Shown: positions 20,207 to 30,154, counted from the stretch's first letter. The stretch: 64,000 nt of DNA from Acidimicrobiales bacterium (GCA_022425325.1 JAKMFW010000037.1:8127-72126), one strand, 5' to 3'. Translations and numbers: made by a program. Notes: generated by a model not told the origin, from the sequence alone.

Positions 20207-20617
20207 ATGACGACTGACGTTCCGGGCCTCAACCCTCGCCGGGAGGCCCGAGAAGAGGCACTTGCGCTGCTCTATCAGGCCGAGCTGACCAGCTCGCCGG
20301 TGGATGAGGCGCTCGGCGCCCGTGAGGTGCCGCCGGCGGCGTACGCCGTCGAGATCGCGTTGGGTGTCGACGACGAGCGCGACGATCTCGACGCGTTGAT
20401 CGGCCGTCACCTCACCAACTGGCGGGTCGACCGGATGCCGATGATCGATCGGGTGCTCGCCCGCATGGCGGTGTGGGAGTTCCGCTCCAAGCCCGACATT
20501 CCCACCGGTGTCGTTCTGAGTGAAGCGGTCGAATTGGCGTCGATCTACTGCGGTGAGCGCTCGGCGCCCTTCCTCAACGGTGTCCTCGACAGTGTCGCCG
20601 GCGAGGTCCGTGGCTGA
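20207..20617 (+). CDS. nusB: Transcription antitermination factor NusB
   Basis: 136 aa with REEALALLYQAE, W.VDRM.MIDR and LSEAVELA motifs. It lies directly downstream of efp, as in most bacteria. Confidence 0.9.
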   Translation: MTTDVPGLNPRREAREEALALLYQAELTSSPVDEALGAREVPPAAYAVEIALGVDDERDDLDALIGRHLTNWRVDRMPMIDRVLARMAVWEFRSKPDIPTGVVLSEAVELASIYCGERSAPFLNGVLDSVAGEVRG

Positions 20618-21083
20618 CGAGGTCACGCTCCGACCCTGGCGCGTCGACGACACGCCAGCACTGGTCGCCGCCTGGCACGACGGTGCCATCGTGGCCGAAT
20701 CGACACCACCACCCGATCGCTCGGCAGCCGCCGCCAGGCGGTGGATCGAAGGCTGCGACGTTCGCGAACAACGCGTGCTCGCCGTCGATCGGGTGATCGA
20801 TGTCGCAGGGGCGTGCGTGGGCGAGGTCGGGCTCTCCGACATCGATCAGCGCCGTGGTGTTGCGCTCATCGGCTGGTGGGTCGGCGCAGAGCATCGGGGT
20901 CGTGGGTTCGCCGTCGCCGGGGTCGCCGCCATGGCTGAGGTCGCAGCACTGTTCGGCGTGACGACACTCGTCGCCCGGATCGGGATCGACAACACCGCAT
21001 CTGTGCGGGTCGCCGAACGCGTTGGCTTCATGCTGCTCCGAGCCGGTTCCGAGGCCGAACCGCACGTGTACGTCCACCGCTGA
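20610..21083 (+). CDS. GNAT-family N-acetyltransferase (RimJ/RimL-like)
   Basis: Track start 20520 lies inside nusB. GTG 20610 gives [14 protein letters not shown], the typical RimJ-like N-terminus. An acetyl-CoA motif region is present ([13 protein letters not shown]), followed by [11 protein letters not shown]. Confidence 0.75.
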   Translation: MADEVTLRPWRVDDTPALVAAWHDGAIVAESTPPPDRSAAAARRWIEGCDVREQRVLAVDRVIDVAGACVGEVGLSDIDQRRGVALIGWWVGAEHRGRGFAVAGVAAMAEVAALFGVTTLVARIGIDNTASVRVAERVGFMLLRAGSEAEPHVYVHR

Positions 21084-21167
21084 TCCATCGGTCGAGCCGG
21101 TCGTGCGGAAATCCACAGGCGAGCGCGCGCCGCGCGCCGACGCGCGACGTGTAGGGTCCAATCTCGA

Positions 21168-21198
21168 CCGTGAAACGAGTCCCGTGAGGCTCGTACGG
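21168..21198 (+). promoter_or_regulatory. Candidate PyrR-binding RNA stem-loop in the pyrR leader
   Basis: CCGU-GAAA-CGAGUCC-CGUGA-GGCUCG-U-ACGG. The core AGUCCCGUGAGGCU matches the Bacillus-type PyrR binding-loop consensus ARUCCAGAGAGGCU at 12/14 positions, with the same bulged-U architecture. It ends 16 nt before the proposed pyrR start and abuts the purine-rich GAAAGAGAGA. Confidence 0.5.
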
Positions 21199-21213
21199 AC
21201 GAAAGAGAGATCA

Positions 21214-21840
21214 GTGGCAGAGCGTGAACGCCTGCTCGCAGGGCAGCCTGCGAGCGGCGCCTTTCGAGCACGGACGCATGTCATGTCGACCGACGACGTG
21301 GCCCGGGCGATCCGTCGCATGGCCCATGAGATCCTCGAGAAGAACCACGGCTGCGACGATGTGATGATCGTCGGCATGCAGACGGGCGGGGTTGAACTCG
21401 CCCGAGCGATCGCTGCTGCTGTGGCCGACATCGAGGGGTCGGAGGTGCCGACCGGCACGCTCGACGCCACCATGCACCGAGACGACTTCGGTCTGCGCCC
21501 GGTGATGCCCGAGGCGGTGACCGACATCCCCGGTGACCCGACGGGCAAGACGATCGTGCTGGTCGACGACGTGCTCTTCACCGGACGGACGGTGCGGGCG
21601 GCGCTCGACGCCATCCACGCCTATGGGCGGCCGACGGCGATTCAGTTGGCGGTCATGGTCGATCGTGGCCATCGAGAGCTCCCGATCCGCCCCGACTATG
21701 TGGGCAAGAACTTGCCGACGCGTCGTGACGAGATGGTCGATGTCCACGCCGGTGGCGTCGATCTCGGAGAGATCGCAGGGGATGGAGATCTCGGAGAGAT
21801 CGCGGGGGATGAAGATCTCGGAGCGGGAGGTGAGGGCTGA
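21214..21840 (+). CDS. pyrR: Bifunctional pyrimidine operon regulator / uracil phosphoribosyltransferase PyrR
   Basis: Track start 21022 lies inside the preceding GNAT gene. In-frame GTG 21214 follows GAAAGAGAGA (ATG 21283 is an alternative). Motifs include [17 protein letters not shown] loop [17 protein letters not shown] and [18 protein letters not shown]. The C-terminus carries a 9-aa repeat tail. Confidence 0.85.
   Translation: MAERERLLAGQPASGAFRARTHVMSTDDVARAIRRMAHEILEKNHGCDDVMIVGMQTGGVELARAIAAAVADIEGSEVPTGTLDATMHRDDFGLRPVMPEAVTDIPGDPTGKTIVLVDDVLFTGRTVRAALDAIHAYGRPTAIQLAVMVDRGHRELPIRPDYVGKNLPTRRDEMVDVHAGGVDLGEIAGDGDLGEIAGDEDLGAGGEG
21760..21840 (+). repeat. 27-bp in-frame tandem repeat (2 full units plus 1 degenerate unit) at the pyrR 3' end
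   Basis: Unit 1 is 21760-21786, gatctcggagagatcgcaggggatgga. Unit 2 is 21787-21813, gatctcggagagatcgcgggggatgaa (25/27 identical). Unit 3 is 21814-21840 and shares only the first 11 nt. Together they encode DLGEIAGDG / DLGEIAGDE / DLGAGGEG*. Confidence 0.9.
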
Positions 21841-22811
21841 TGCGACGCAACGGTGCCCGGCATCTGCTTTCGATGGCCGACCTTGATCGCGATGACATCG
21901 AGCAGATTCTGAACCTGACCGGATCGTTCGCCGAGGTGGGGGAGCGCAGCATCCCGAAGGTTCCTGCGCTTCGCGGCAAGACGATCGCCTGGCTGTTCTA
22001 CGAGGACTCGACCCGCACCCGTCTCAGTTTCGAGACGGCGGCCAAGCGACTCTCGGCCGACACGATGAATTTCAGCGTGAGCAGTTCGTCGGTCAACAAG
22101 GGCGAGTCGCTGCGGGACACGATCGAGACGATCGCGGCGATGGGGATCGACGGAGTCGTTGTCCGGCATCGAGCTGCCGGGGCGCCTCAGCAGGTCGCGG
22201 ACTGGACCGATGCTGCGGTGATCAACGCCGGTGACGGCTGGCATCAACACCCGACTCAGGGACTGCTCGATCTCTACACCGCAACGAGCCATCTCGGCGA
22301 CCTCGATGGCAAGCACATTGCGATCGTCGGCGACATCAAACACTCTCGAGTCGCCCGCTCGAACGCAATCGGGTTCGCCACGATGGGTGCCCGCGTGACC
22401 CTCGTCGGCCCTCCGACCTTGCTGCCTCCGAGTCTCGATGGCTGGCCGGTTGAGGTCACGCACGATCTCGACGCTGTCATCGACGACCTCGACATCTGCT
22501 ACCTGCTGCGCATGCAACTCGAGCGTCAAAAGCAGGCGGCCGTACCGACGTTGCGCGAGTACCACCACGAATACGGGCTCACGAGCGCCCGCGCCGACCG
22601 TCTGGGTGCCGAGGCGTTGATCATGCACCCGGGGCCGATGAACCGGGGGGTCGAGATCGCGGGCGAGGTCGCCGACCGACCCAACGCGGTCATCACCGAG
22701 CAGGTCGCCAACGGCGTGTCGGTGCGCATGGCGGTGCTGTTCCTGTTGCTGGGCGCCGGCCGCGAGCCGGTCGACGAGTCCGCGGTCGGCGGTGGACTGG
22801 CGGTGGCGTGA
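21840..22811 (+). CDS. pyrB: Aspartate carbamoyltransferase catalytic subunit
   Basis: 323 aa with STRTRLSFE, HQHPTQGLLD, LRMQLER and MHPGPMNRGVEI. The start overlaps the pyrR stop (TGATG). Confidence 0.95.
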   Translation: MRRNGARHLLSMADLDRDDIEQILNLTGSFAEVGERSIPKVPALRGKTIAWLFYEDSTRTRLSFETAAKRLSADTMNFSVSSSSVNKGESLRDTIETIAAMGIDGVVVRHRAAGAPQQVADWTDAAVINAGDGWHQHPTQGLLDLYTATSHLGDLDGKHIAIVGDIKHSRVARSNAIGFATMGARVTLVGPPTLLPPSLDGWPVEVTHDLDAVIDDLDICYLLRMQLERQKQAAVPTLREYHHEYGLTSARADRLGAEALIMHPGPMNRGVEIAGEVADRPNAVITEQVANGVSVRMAVLFLLLGAGREPVDESAVGGGLAVA

Positions 22812-24106
22812 TGGGTTCGATCGCGATCACCAACGGCACCCTGGTCGACGGCGCCGGCACTCGCCGCGCTGACCTCCTGATCCAGAACGGCGTGATCGCC
22901 GAGGTGGGGGAGAAGCTCGACGGCGACACGATCATCGACGCCGACGGCCTTGTCGTCACCCCCGGGTTCGTCGACCTTCAGGTGCACTTCCGTGAGCCCG
23001 GCGGTGAAGAGGCAGAGACCATCCAGACGGGTTCTCGTGGCGCCGCCCTCGGTGGGTTCACCGCCGTGGTCGTGATGCCCAACACAACACCGACGATCGA
23101 CAGCGCTGCGGTCGTCCGTCAGATCCACGATCTCAGCATCGATGCCCTCTGTGAGGTGGTGCCGTCGGCGGCGATCACCGTCGATCGCGATGGCGAGGCG
23201 CTGGCTCCGATGGCGGAGCTGGTGCGCAGCGGTGTGCGCATGTTCACCGACGATGGTGTGGGTGTGCAGGACGCTCGCATGATGCGCACCGCGCTCGAGT
23301 ACGCCTCGGGGTTGTCGCATCTCGCCGACGGCTTCGAGATCGTGCTGGCCCAGCATTGCGAAGTCGACGCGCTTGCGGCCGGCGGTGCAATGCACGAGGG
23401 GGAGTGGTCGAGTCGACTCGGCATGCCCGGCCAGCCCGCCGAGGCCGAGGAGTTGATGATCGCTCGCGATGTCGCACTCGCCCGCCTCACCGATGGCCGC
23501 GTGCATTTCCAGCACGTCACCACGGCCCGTGGCGTTGATCTGATTCGGGCGGCGAAGGCCGAGGGACTCAAGGTCACCGGTGAGGCCACCCCTCACTATC
23601 TGTGTCTTGATCACTCGGCCGTGGCCTCGTTCGACACCGTGTTCAAGGTCAACCCGCCACTCCGCACCCCCGCCGACGTGACCGCGATCAAGGCGGGACT
23701 GCTCGACGGCACGCTCGATGCGATCGCCACTGATCATGCGCCGCACACCCGACAGGACAAGGAACGCCCGTTCCTCGACGCGCCTCCCGGGATGATCGGC
23801 GTCGAGACAGCGTTTGCGATCGCCAACACCGAACTCGGTGCCGACATCGAGAAGCTCGTCGAACTGCTCTCGATCAACCCGGCCCGCATCGCCGGTATCG
23901 ACGATCGCCACGGCGGCCCGATCGAGGCCGGTCGGCCGGCCAATCTCGCCCTGCTCGACCTCGATGAGCAATGGACGATCACCGGTGCAGCACTGGCCAG
24001 CCGCAGCTCGAACACCCCCTTCGAAGGGCGTTCGGTGCGCGGCAAGATTCGACACACGATCTGGAACGGTGACCTTGTGGTCACGAACGGAGAAGCGACG
24101 CGATGA
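22808..24106 (+). CDS. pyrC: Dihydroorotase (type I); first His of the HxH metal motif is Gln
   Basis: 432 aa with PGFVDLQVHFREPG, FTDDG, AQHCE, HFQHVTTA and ATDHAPH. It lies between pyrB and carA with overlapping stops/starts. Confidence 0.85.
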   Translation: MMGSIAITNGTLVDGAGTRRADLLIQNGVIAEVGEKLDGDTIIDADGLVVTPGFVDLQVHFREPGGEEAETIQTGSRGAALGGFTAVVVMPNTTPTIDSAAVVRQIHDLSIDALCEVVPSAAITVDRDGEALAPMAELVRSGVRMFTDDGVGVQDARMMRTALEYASGLSHLADGFEIVLAQHCEVDALAAGGAMHEGEWSSRLGMPGQPAEAEELMIARDVALARLTDGRVHFQHVTTARGVDLIRAAKAEGLKVTGEATPHYLCLDHSAVASFDTVFKVNPPLRTPADVTAIKAGLLDGTLDAIATDHAPHTRQDKERPFLDAPPGMIGVETAFAIANTELGADIEKLVELLSINPARIAGIDDRHGGPIEAGRPANLALLDLDEQWTITGAALASRSSNTPFEGRSVRGKIRHTIWNGDLVVTNGEATR

Positions 24107-25197
24107 CAATTCGTGAGTACCAACTGGTCCTCACCGATGGTGAGACCTTCGACGGGGAAGGCATCGGGGCTGAGCTCGAACCGAACGGCTTCGCCGCCGG
24201 TGAAGTCGTGTTCAACACGGTGCTCTCGGGCTACCAGGAAGTCATCACCGACCCCAGCTACGCCGGTCAGATCATCACCTTCACCTACCCCCACATCGGC
24301 AACTACGGCGTGAACGCCACCGACGCCGAGGCGGCGAAGCCCTTCTGTCGGGGTGTGATCATCCGCGATCTCGCTCGCCGCCAGAGCAACTGGCGAAGCG
24401 AGGAGCATCTCGACGACTATCTGCGCCGCCATGGTCTCGCCGGTATCGCCGGGATCGACACCCGTCGACTCACCCGCCACATCCGCGACACCGGCGCAAT
24501 GCCGGGGGCGTTCGGTCCCGCCGACCACGCCACCTTGCTCGCCGCAGCCAAGGCCGAGCCCGGCACGGCCGGTGTCGACCTTGTCAGTCTGGTGACCACA
24601 CCCGAGCCGTACACGGTCGGCAGCGGACCCCGGAAGATCGTGGCCTACGACTTCGGTGTGAAGGCCACAATGCTGCGCCATCTCGGCGAGATCGGCACGG
24701 TCACCGTCGTTCCGGCGCACACCACCGCCGAAGAGGTCTTGGCGATGAACCCCGACGGGGTGTTCCTCTCCAACGGCCCGGGGGATCCCGAAGAGGCCGG
24801 CCCGATCGTCGATGAGCTTCCGAAGCTCCTCGGGAAGGTGCCGATCTTCGGCATCTGCCTTGGCCATCAAGTGCTGTCGCTTGCGCTCGGGGGCCGGACT
24901 TACAAGATGAAGTTCGGTCACCACGGCGGCAACGTGCCCGTGCAGGACACTCGCACATCGAAGGTCGAGATCACCGCCCAGAACCACAACTTCGCGGTCG
25001 AGGCTGGCTCCGTACCGAACGTGACCGAGAGCCACGTGTGTCTCAACGACGGAACCCTCTCGGGTCTGTTCCACAACGAGTACCCGGCCTTCAGTGTGCA
25101 GTACCACCCCGAGGCGGGCCCCGGCCCGCACGACTCGGCCTACCTGTTCACCGAGTTCGCCGAACTCATGGACGGCTTCCAGGGAAAGGCGGCCTGA
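24103..25197 (+). CDS. carA: Carbamoyl-phosphate synthase small (glutaminase) subunit
   Basis: 364 aa with a GATase triad context ([18 protein letters not shown]). The N-terminal CPSase small-chain domain is present ([12 protein letters not shown]). Confidence 0.95.
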   Translation: MTIREYQLVLTDGETFDGEGIGAELEPNGFAAGEVVFNTVLSGYQEVITDPSYAGQIITFTYPHIGNYGVNATDAEAAKPFCRGVIIRDLARRQSNWRSEEHLDDYLRRHGLAGIAGIDTRRLTRHIRDTGAMPGAFGPADHATLLAAAKAEPGTAGVDLVSLVTTPEPYTVGSGPRKIVAYDFGVKATMLRHLGEIGTVTVVPAHTTAEEVLAMNPDGVFLSNGPGDPEEAGPIVDELPKLLGKVPIFGICLGHQVLSLALGGRTYKMKFGHHGGNVPVQDTRTSKVEITAQNHNFAVEAGSVPNVTESHVCLNDGTLSGLFHNEYPAFSVQYHPEAGPGPHDSAYLFTEFAELMDGFQGKAA

Positions 25198-25198
25198 G

Positions 25199-28100
25199 AT
25201 GCCGAAGCGCACCGATATCGAATCGATCCTCATCATCGGCTCCGGCCCGATCGTGATCGGTCAGGCCTGTGAGTTCGACTACTCCGGTACCCAGGCATGC
25301 CGAGTCCTGAAGGAAGAGGGCTATCGAGTCATCCTCGCGAACTCGAACCCGGCGACGATCATGACCGATCCAAGTTTCGCCGACGCCACCTATGTCGAGC
25401 CGCTCGATCTGCAGATCCTCGAGAAGATCATCGAAAAAGAGCGACCCGATGCCGTGCTGCCGACCCTCGGTGGCCAGACCGGTCTCAACCTGGCGATGGA
25501 GTTGCAGCAGGCCGGCGTGCTCGAGAGGTTCGGGTGCGAGCTGATCGGCGCAGATGCCGAGGCCATCGAGACGGCAGAGGACCGCGAGAAGTTCAAGGTC
25601 GCCATGACCGAGATTGGGCTCGAGTCCGCCCGGTCCGCCATCGCCCACAACATGGACGAGGCGCGGGCGGCGATCGACGAGGTCGGCCTTCCCGTCATCA
25701 TCCGGCCCGCCTACATCCTCGGCGGTCGGGGTACCGGCATCGCCGAGACGATGGAGGAGTTCGAGCGCATGGCGGCCTACGGCCTCGACGCCAGCCCCAT
25801 CTCGGAGATCCTGATCGAGGAGTCGATCAAGGGCTGGAAGGAGTACGAGCTCGAGGTCATGCGTGACCGCGCGGACAACTGTGTGATCATCTGCTCGATC
25901 GAGAACCTCGACCCGATGGGTGTGCACACCGGCGACTCCATCACCGTCGCTCCGGCCCAGACCCTCACTGATGTCGAGTACCAGAAGATGCGCGACGGTT
26001 CGTTCGCCTGTATCCGACGGGTCGGCGTCGAGACCGGCGGCTCGAATGTCCAATGGGCGGTCGACCCGAAGACCGGCCGCCAGATCGTCATCGAAATGAA
26101 TCCACGTGTGAGCCGCTCATCGGCCCTTGCGTCGAAGGCCACCGGCTTCCCGATCGCCAAGATCGCCGCCAAGCTCGCGATCGGCTACACGCTCGACGAG
26201 ATCCCCAACGACATCACGGAGAAGACCCCGGCCAGCTTCGAACCGTCGATCGATTATGTCGTCACCAAGATTCCGCGCTGGGCGTTCGAGAAGTTCCCGG
26301 GCACCAGCGGGGTGCTCGGTACGTCGATGCAGTCGGTGGGTGAGGTGATGGCCATCGGCCGAACCTTCCCCGAGTCGATGCAAAAGGCACTCCGTTCGCT
26401 CGAGCAGGGCCGCCATGGTCTCAACGCCGACTCTGGCGAGACGGCGCTCGACGACATCCCGACCGAAGAACTCATGAAGATGGCGGCGATCGGAACCCCC
26501 GATCGTCCGTTCCAGCTTGAGGCACTGTTGCGTCGGGGTGTGAGCGTCGACGAGATCTTCGCGGCCACCGCAGTTGATCCGTGGTTCCTCGACCAGATGT
26601 CGATGATCACCGAGGAGCGGGCCCATCTTGAGACGTTGTCGCTCGATTCGGTCACGCCGCGGGGCTTCAAGCGGGCCAAGCAACTCGGCTTCTCCGACCC
26701 GCAGCTCGCCTACCTGTGGGGCGTCTCCGAGGCCGAGGTGCGGGCCGCTCGCCTCGCGGCCGGAGTGCACACCACGTTCAAGACGGTCGACACCTGCGCC
26801 GCCGAGTTCGAGGCCACCACGCCGTACCACTACTCGACCTACGAGGACACCGACGAGGTTCGTGACGGTGACCGCGAGAAAGTCATCATTCTCGGCTCTG
26901 GCCCGAACCGCATCGGTCAGGGCATCGAGTTCGACTACTGCTGTGTGCACGCCAGCTTCTCGCTGCGCGACGCGGGCTACGAGACCATCATGGTCAACTG
27001 CAACCCCGAGACCGTCTCGACGGACTACGACACGTCCGACCGGCTCTACTTCGAACCGCTCACGTACGAGGACGTCATGGACATCATCGACCGTGAGCAG
27101 CCCAAGGGCGTGATCGTCAGCCTCGGTGGTCAGACCCCGTTGAAGCTCGCCGATCGCCTTCCTGAGGCGCTCGTGCTCGGCACCTCGCCTGCGTCGATCG
27201 ATCTGGCTGAGGACCGTGAGCAGTGGAACGCCATGTGTGCTCGCCTCGAGATCCCGCAGCCGGCCGGCGGCACCGCCGTCGACATCGATCAGGCCCTCGA
27301 GATCACCGCCAAGATCGGCTATCCCGCCCTCGTTCGGCCCAGTTATGTGCTCGGCGGACGCGCAATGGAGATCGTGTACGACGACGATCACCTGCGTCGG
27401 GCCATGGCCGAACTCGCTGGCTTCGGCAGCCTCGGCAAGGAGGGTGGCTTGTCGGCTGAGCGCCCCGTGCTCGTCGATCGTTTCTTGGAGGACGCCACCG
27501 AGGTCGACGTCGACGCCCTGCGGGATCACACCGGTGACTCGGTCATCGGTGCAGTCATGGAGCATGTGGAGGAGGCGGGCGTGCACTCCGGCGACTCTGC
27601 CTGTTCGATCCCGCCGACCAGCCTTTCGGCGGAGACCATCGCGGTCATCGAGGATTACACGTTGCGGATCGCCGAGGCGCTCGACGTCAAGGGCCTGATC
27701 AATGTGCAGTACGCCGTGAAGGGCAACCAGGTCTTCGTGATCGAGGCCAACCCGCGGGCCAGCCGCACGGTGCCGTTCGTCGCCAAAGCCACCGGCGTGC
27801 CGCTGGCCAAGGTCGCCAGCCGGATCATGGTCGGCGCAACCCTGGCCGAGCTCCGGGCCGAAGGCCTGATGTGTGATCGCGTCGAGGGCGACCATGTGGC
27901 GATCAAGGAGGCCGTGCTGCCGTTCAACCGGTTCCCGGAGGCGGACGCCGTCCTCGGTCCGGAGATGCGAAGCACGGGTGAGGTCATGGGCATCGATCTC
28001 ACGCCCGGTCTGGCCTTCGTGAAGTCCCAGCTCGCCGCCGGCACCCGCCTGCCGGAGGACGGCATGGTGTTTCTCTCGCTCGCCGATCGAGACAAGGCGT

Positions 28101-28507
28101 CTGGTGTCGAGGCGGCGAGGCTGCTCGCCGAGATGGGCTTCACCATCTGCGCCACGAGCGGCACGGCAGCGTCGGTGCGTGAGGCCGGGGTCGAGGTGGC
28201 CGTCGAGGTCGCCAAGCTCGGCGATGTCGACGGTGTCAACGCGGTCGATCTGATCAATGCCGGGGACGTGAAGCTGGTCGTGAACTCACCGAGAGGCCGA
28301 GGACCCCGGGCCGATGGCGACCACATCCGGTCGGCTGCCGGCCGGGCGAGTGTGCCACTGCTCACCACCGGTGCTGCGGCCCTGGCCGCAGCCAAGGGCA
28401 TGCAGGACTGGAAGGCCCACAAGCTCGCGGTTCGCAGCCTGCAGGAGTACCACCAGGGTGTCTCGCTCAGCGCGCTCGAGCCGAGCGATGGTGGGGCGTC
28501 GAACTGA
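25199..28507 (+). CDS. carB: Carbamoyl-phosphate synthase large subunit
   Basis: Track start 25094 lies inside carA. ATG 25199 gives the canonical [33 protein letters not shown]. It has two ATP-grasp halves (second: [24 protein letters not shown]) and an MGS-like C-terminus. Confidence 0.95.
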   Translation: MPKRTDIESILIIGSGPIVIGQACEFDYSGTQACRVLKEEGYRVILANSNPATIMTDPSFADATYVEPLDLQILEKIIEKERPDAVLPTLGGQTGLNLAMELQQAGVLERFGCELIGADAEAIETAEDREKFKVAMTEIGLESARSAIAHNMDEARAAIDEVGLPVIIRPAYILGGRGTGIAETMEEFERMAAYGLDASPISEILIEESIKGWKEYELEVMRDRADNCVIICSIENLDPMGVHTGDSITVAPAQTLTDVEYQKMRDGSFACIRRVGVETGGSNVQWAVDPKTGRQIVIEMNPRVSRSSALASKATGFPIAKIAAKLAIGYTLDEIPNDITEKTPASFEPSIDYVVTKIPRWAFEKFPGTSGVLGTSMQSVGEVMAIGRTFPESMQKALRSLEQGRHGLNADSGETALDDIPTEELMKMAAIGTPDRPFQLEALLRRGVSVDEIFAATAVDPWFLDQMSMITEERAHLETLSLDSVTPRGFKRAKQLGFSDPQLAYLWGVSEAEVRAARLAAGVHTTFKTVDTCAAEFEATTPYHYSTYEDTDEVRDGDREKVIILGSGPNRIGQGIEFDYCCVHASFSLRDAGYETIMVNCNPETVSTDYDTSDRLYFEPLTYEDVMDIIDREQPKGVIVSLGGQTPLKLADRLPEALVLGTSPASIDLAEDREQWNAMCARLEIPQPAGGTAVDIDQALEITAKIGYPALVRPSYVLGGRAMEIVYDDDHLRRAMAELAGFGSLGKEGGLSAERPVLVDRFLEDATEVDVDALRDHTGDSVIGAVMEHVEEAGVHSGDSACSIPPTSLSAETIAVIEDYTLRIAEALDVKGLINVQYAVKGNQVFVIEANPRASRTVPFVAKATGVPLAKVASRIMVGATLAELRAEGLMCDRVEGDHVAIKEAVLPFNRFPEADAVLGPEMRSTGEVMGIDLTPGLAFVKSQLAAGTRLPEDGMVFLSLADRDKASGVEAARLLAEMGFTICATSGTAASVREAGVEVAVEVAKLGDVDGVNAVDLINAGDVKLVVNSPRGRGPRADGDHIRSAAGRASVPLLTTGAAALAAAKGMQDWKAHKLAVRSLQEYHQGVSLSALEPSDGGASN

Positions 28508-29418
28508 TGGATCTTCGCATCGAGGTCGGGTCGGTTGCCCTCCGTGCGCCGGTGATGACAGCGTCGGGGACTGCCGGCCATGGTGCCGAGTTCGCCAACT
28601 ACCTCGATCCAGCGTCGCTCGGTGCGGTCGTCGTGAAGTCGATGAAGGCCGACGAGTGGGCCGGGAATCCGGCGCCTCGGGTGCACCCGACGGCGTCAGG
28701 GATGATCAATTCCGTCGGGTTGCAGGGCAAGGGCGTGCCGCACTGGCTCGAACACGACCTTCCCGACCTGCTCGCCACAGGCGCCACCGTGGTGGCCTCG
28801 ATCTGGGGGAGCAGCGTCGACGACTACGCCCGGGCGGCCGCCGCGCTGGCGGAGGCGCCCGAAGGCGTCGTCGCGGTCGAGGTCAATGTGTCGTGCCCGA
28901 ACCTCGAGGACCGCGGTTCCATGTTCGCCCACAGCCGCACGGCGACCGCCGAGGTCATCGAGGCATCGACGGTCGTCGGCCGGCCGATGTGGGCGAAGCT
29001 CAGTCCGAACGCCGCCGACCTTCCCGAGATCGCCGAGGCTGCCTACGGCGCGGGTGCCGAGGCGGTGGTCCTCACCAACACCTTGCTCGGCATGGTGATC
29101 GACACCGAGTCCCGCCGCCCCGTGCTCGGCGCGAAGAAGGGCGGGTTGTCCGGTGCCGCGATGCACCCGGTGGCCGTTCGGGCCGTCTTCGATGTGCACG
29201 AGGCGCTGCCCGAGCTCCCGATCGTGGGAGTGGGCGGCACATCGAGCGGAACCGATGTCGTAGAGTTCCTGCTCGCCGGGGCATCGGCGGTGGAGGTCGG
29301 CACGGCGACGTTCGCAGATCCCCGGGCACCTCGGCGGATCCTCGGCGAGTTCGAACAGTGGTGTCAACGGCACGGCGTCGAGTCCGTGGCGGAGTTGATC
29401 GGAGGAGCACATGACTGA
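28507..29418 (+). CDS. pyrD: Dihydroorotate dehydrogenase, class 1 (Cys catalytic base; 1B-like catalytic subunit)
   Basis: 303 aa and cytosolic type, with no N-terminal membrane anchor. It has the NVSCPN active-site Cys, GLSGAAMHPVA and GVGGTSSGTDVVEFLLAGASAV. The start overlaps the carB stop (TGATG). Confidence 0.85.
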   Translation: MDLRIEVGSVALRAPVMTASGTAGHGAEFANYLDPASLGAVVVKSMKADEWAGNPAPRVHPTASGMINSVGLQGKGVPHWLEHDLPDLLATGATVVASIWGSSVDDYARAAAALAEAPEGVVAVEVNVSCPNLEDRGSMFAHSRTATAEVIEASTVVGRPMWAKLSPNAADLPEIAEAAYGAGAEAVVLTNTLLGMVIDTESRRPVLGAKKGGLSGAAMHPVAVRAVFDVHEALPELPIVGVGGTSSGTDVVEFLLAGASAVEVGTATFADPRAPRRILGEFEQWCQRHGVESVAELIGGAHD

Positions 29419-30130
29419 CAACGCAACGGGAACGGAGATCGACCCGGCCATCCGGGATCGGCTGGCGCTCGCGCTCGACGTCGATGATCTCGTCGCTGCG
29501 ATCCGCCTCGGCCGCCCGTTCAAGGACTATTTCGGGGTGGCCAAGATCGGTCTCGAGCTCTACTCCGCCGCCGGTCCGGAGGCGATCGGTGCGATCTCCG
29601 ATCTCGGATACAAGATCTTTCTCGATCTCAAACTGCACGACATCCCCACGACCGTCGGCAAGGCCGCCCGGGTGCTCGGCGCGTTCGGGGTCCAGTACCT
29701 CACCATGCACGCGCACGGTGGGGTCGACATGCTGCGGGCCGGTGTCCAGGGACTCGAGGAAGGTGCGCACAATGCCGGCTTGGAGCCACCCCAGTCGCTC
29801 GCCATCACCGTGCTCACGAGCGACGGCGATGCCCCGCCTCACATCATGCCGAAGCGGGTTATGCTCGCCGCCGAGGCGGGCTGCTCGGGCATCGTGTGCG
29901 CCGTAGGCGACCTTGAAGAGGCGCACCACTACGCGCCACGCCTCACCCGAGTCACGCCGGGCATTCGGCTCTCGGGCGACAACGCCGACGACCAGGCGCG
30001 TGCCGCCTCGCCGGGTGATGCTCTCGCCGGCGGCTCTGATCTGTTGGTGGTCGGCCGCGCCGTCACCCGTGCCGACGACCCGATCGCAGCCGCGCAGGCG
30101 ATCCACGCGTCGGCAGCGTCGGCGGGCTGA
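29411..30130 (+). CDS. pyrF: Orotidine 5'-phosphate decarboxylase
   Basis: 239 aa with LALDVDD, FLDLKLHDIPTT and VVGRAVT motifs. Confidence 0.9.
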   Translation: MTDNATGTEIDPAIRDRLALALDVDDLVAAIRLGRPFKDYFGVAKIGLELYSAAGPEAIGAISDLGYKIFLDLKLHDIPTTVGKAARVLGAFGVQYLTMHAHGGVDMLRAGVQGLEEGAHNAGLEPPQSLAITVLTSDGDAPPHIMPKRVMLAAEAGCSGIVCAVGDLEEAHHYAPRLTRVTPGIRLSGDNADDQARAASPGDALAGGSDLLVVGRAVTRADDPIAAAQAIHASAASAG

Positions 30131-30154
30131 CGAGCCTCCCGGTACGCTCCCGGG

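Noticed and set aside
18359-20842. 827-aa minus-strand ORF
   Set aside because: It is antisense to pepP, efp, nusB and the GNAT gene, all unambiguous on the plus strand.
21760-21840. Possibility that the 27-bp repeats are a mini CRISPR array
   Set aside because: The units are directly adjacent with no spacers, there are only 2-3 copies, they are in frame within pyrR, and no cas genes are present in the window.
21533-21886. 117-aa frame-2 ORF with ATGs inside each repeat unit ([16 protein letters not shown]...)
   Set aside because: It overlaps the conserved pyrR core and the pyrB start in alternative frames. The ATG/SD-like pattern is a by-product of the repeat. There is no independent support.
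25094-25198. N-terminal 35-codon extension of carB in the ORF track
   Set aside because: The extension overlaps the 3' end of carA in another frame. The canonical CarB N-terminus MPKRTDI... starts at ATG 25199, two nt after the carA stop.
26117-27895. 592-aa minus-strand ORF inside carB (and similar ones at 1673-3340, 22526-24109, 23734-25236 and 29072-30445)
   Set aside because: These lie antisense to strongly conserved biosynthetic genes and have no independent support.
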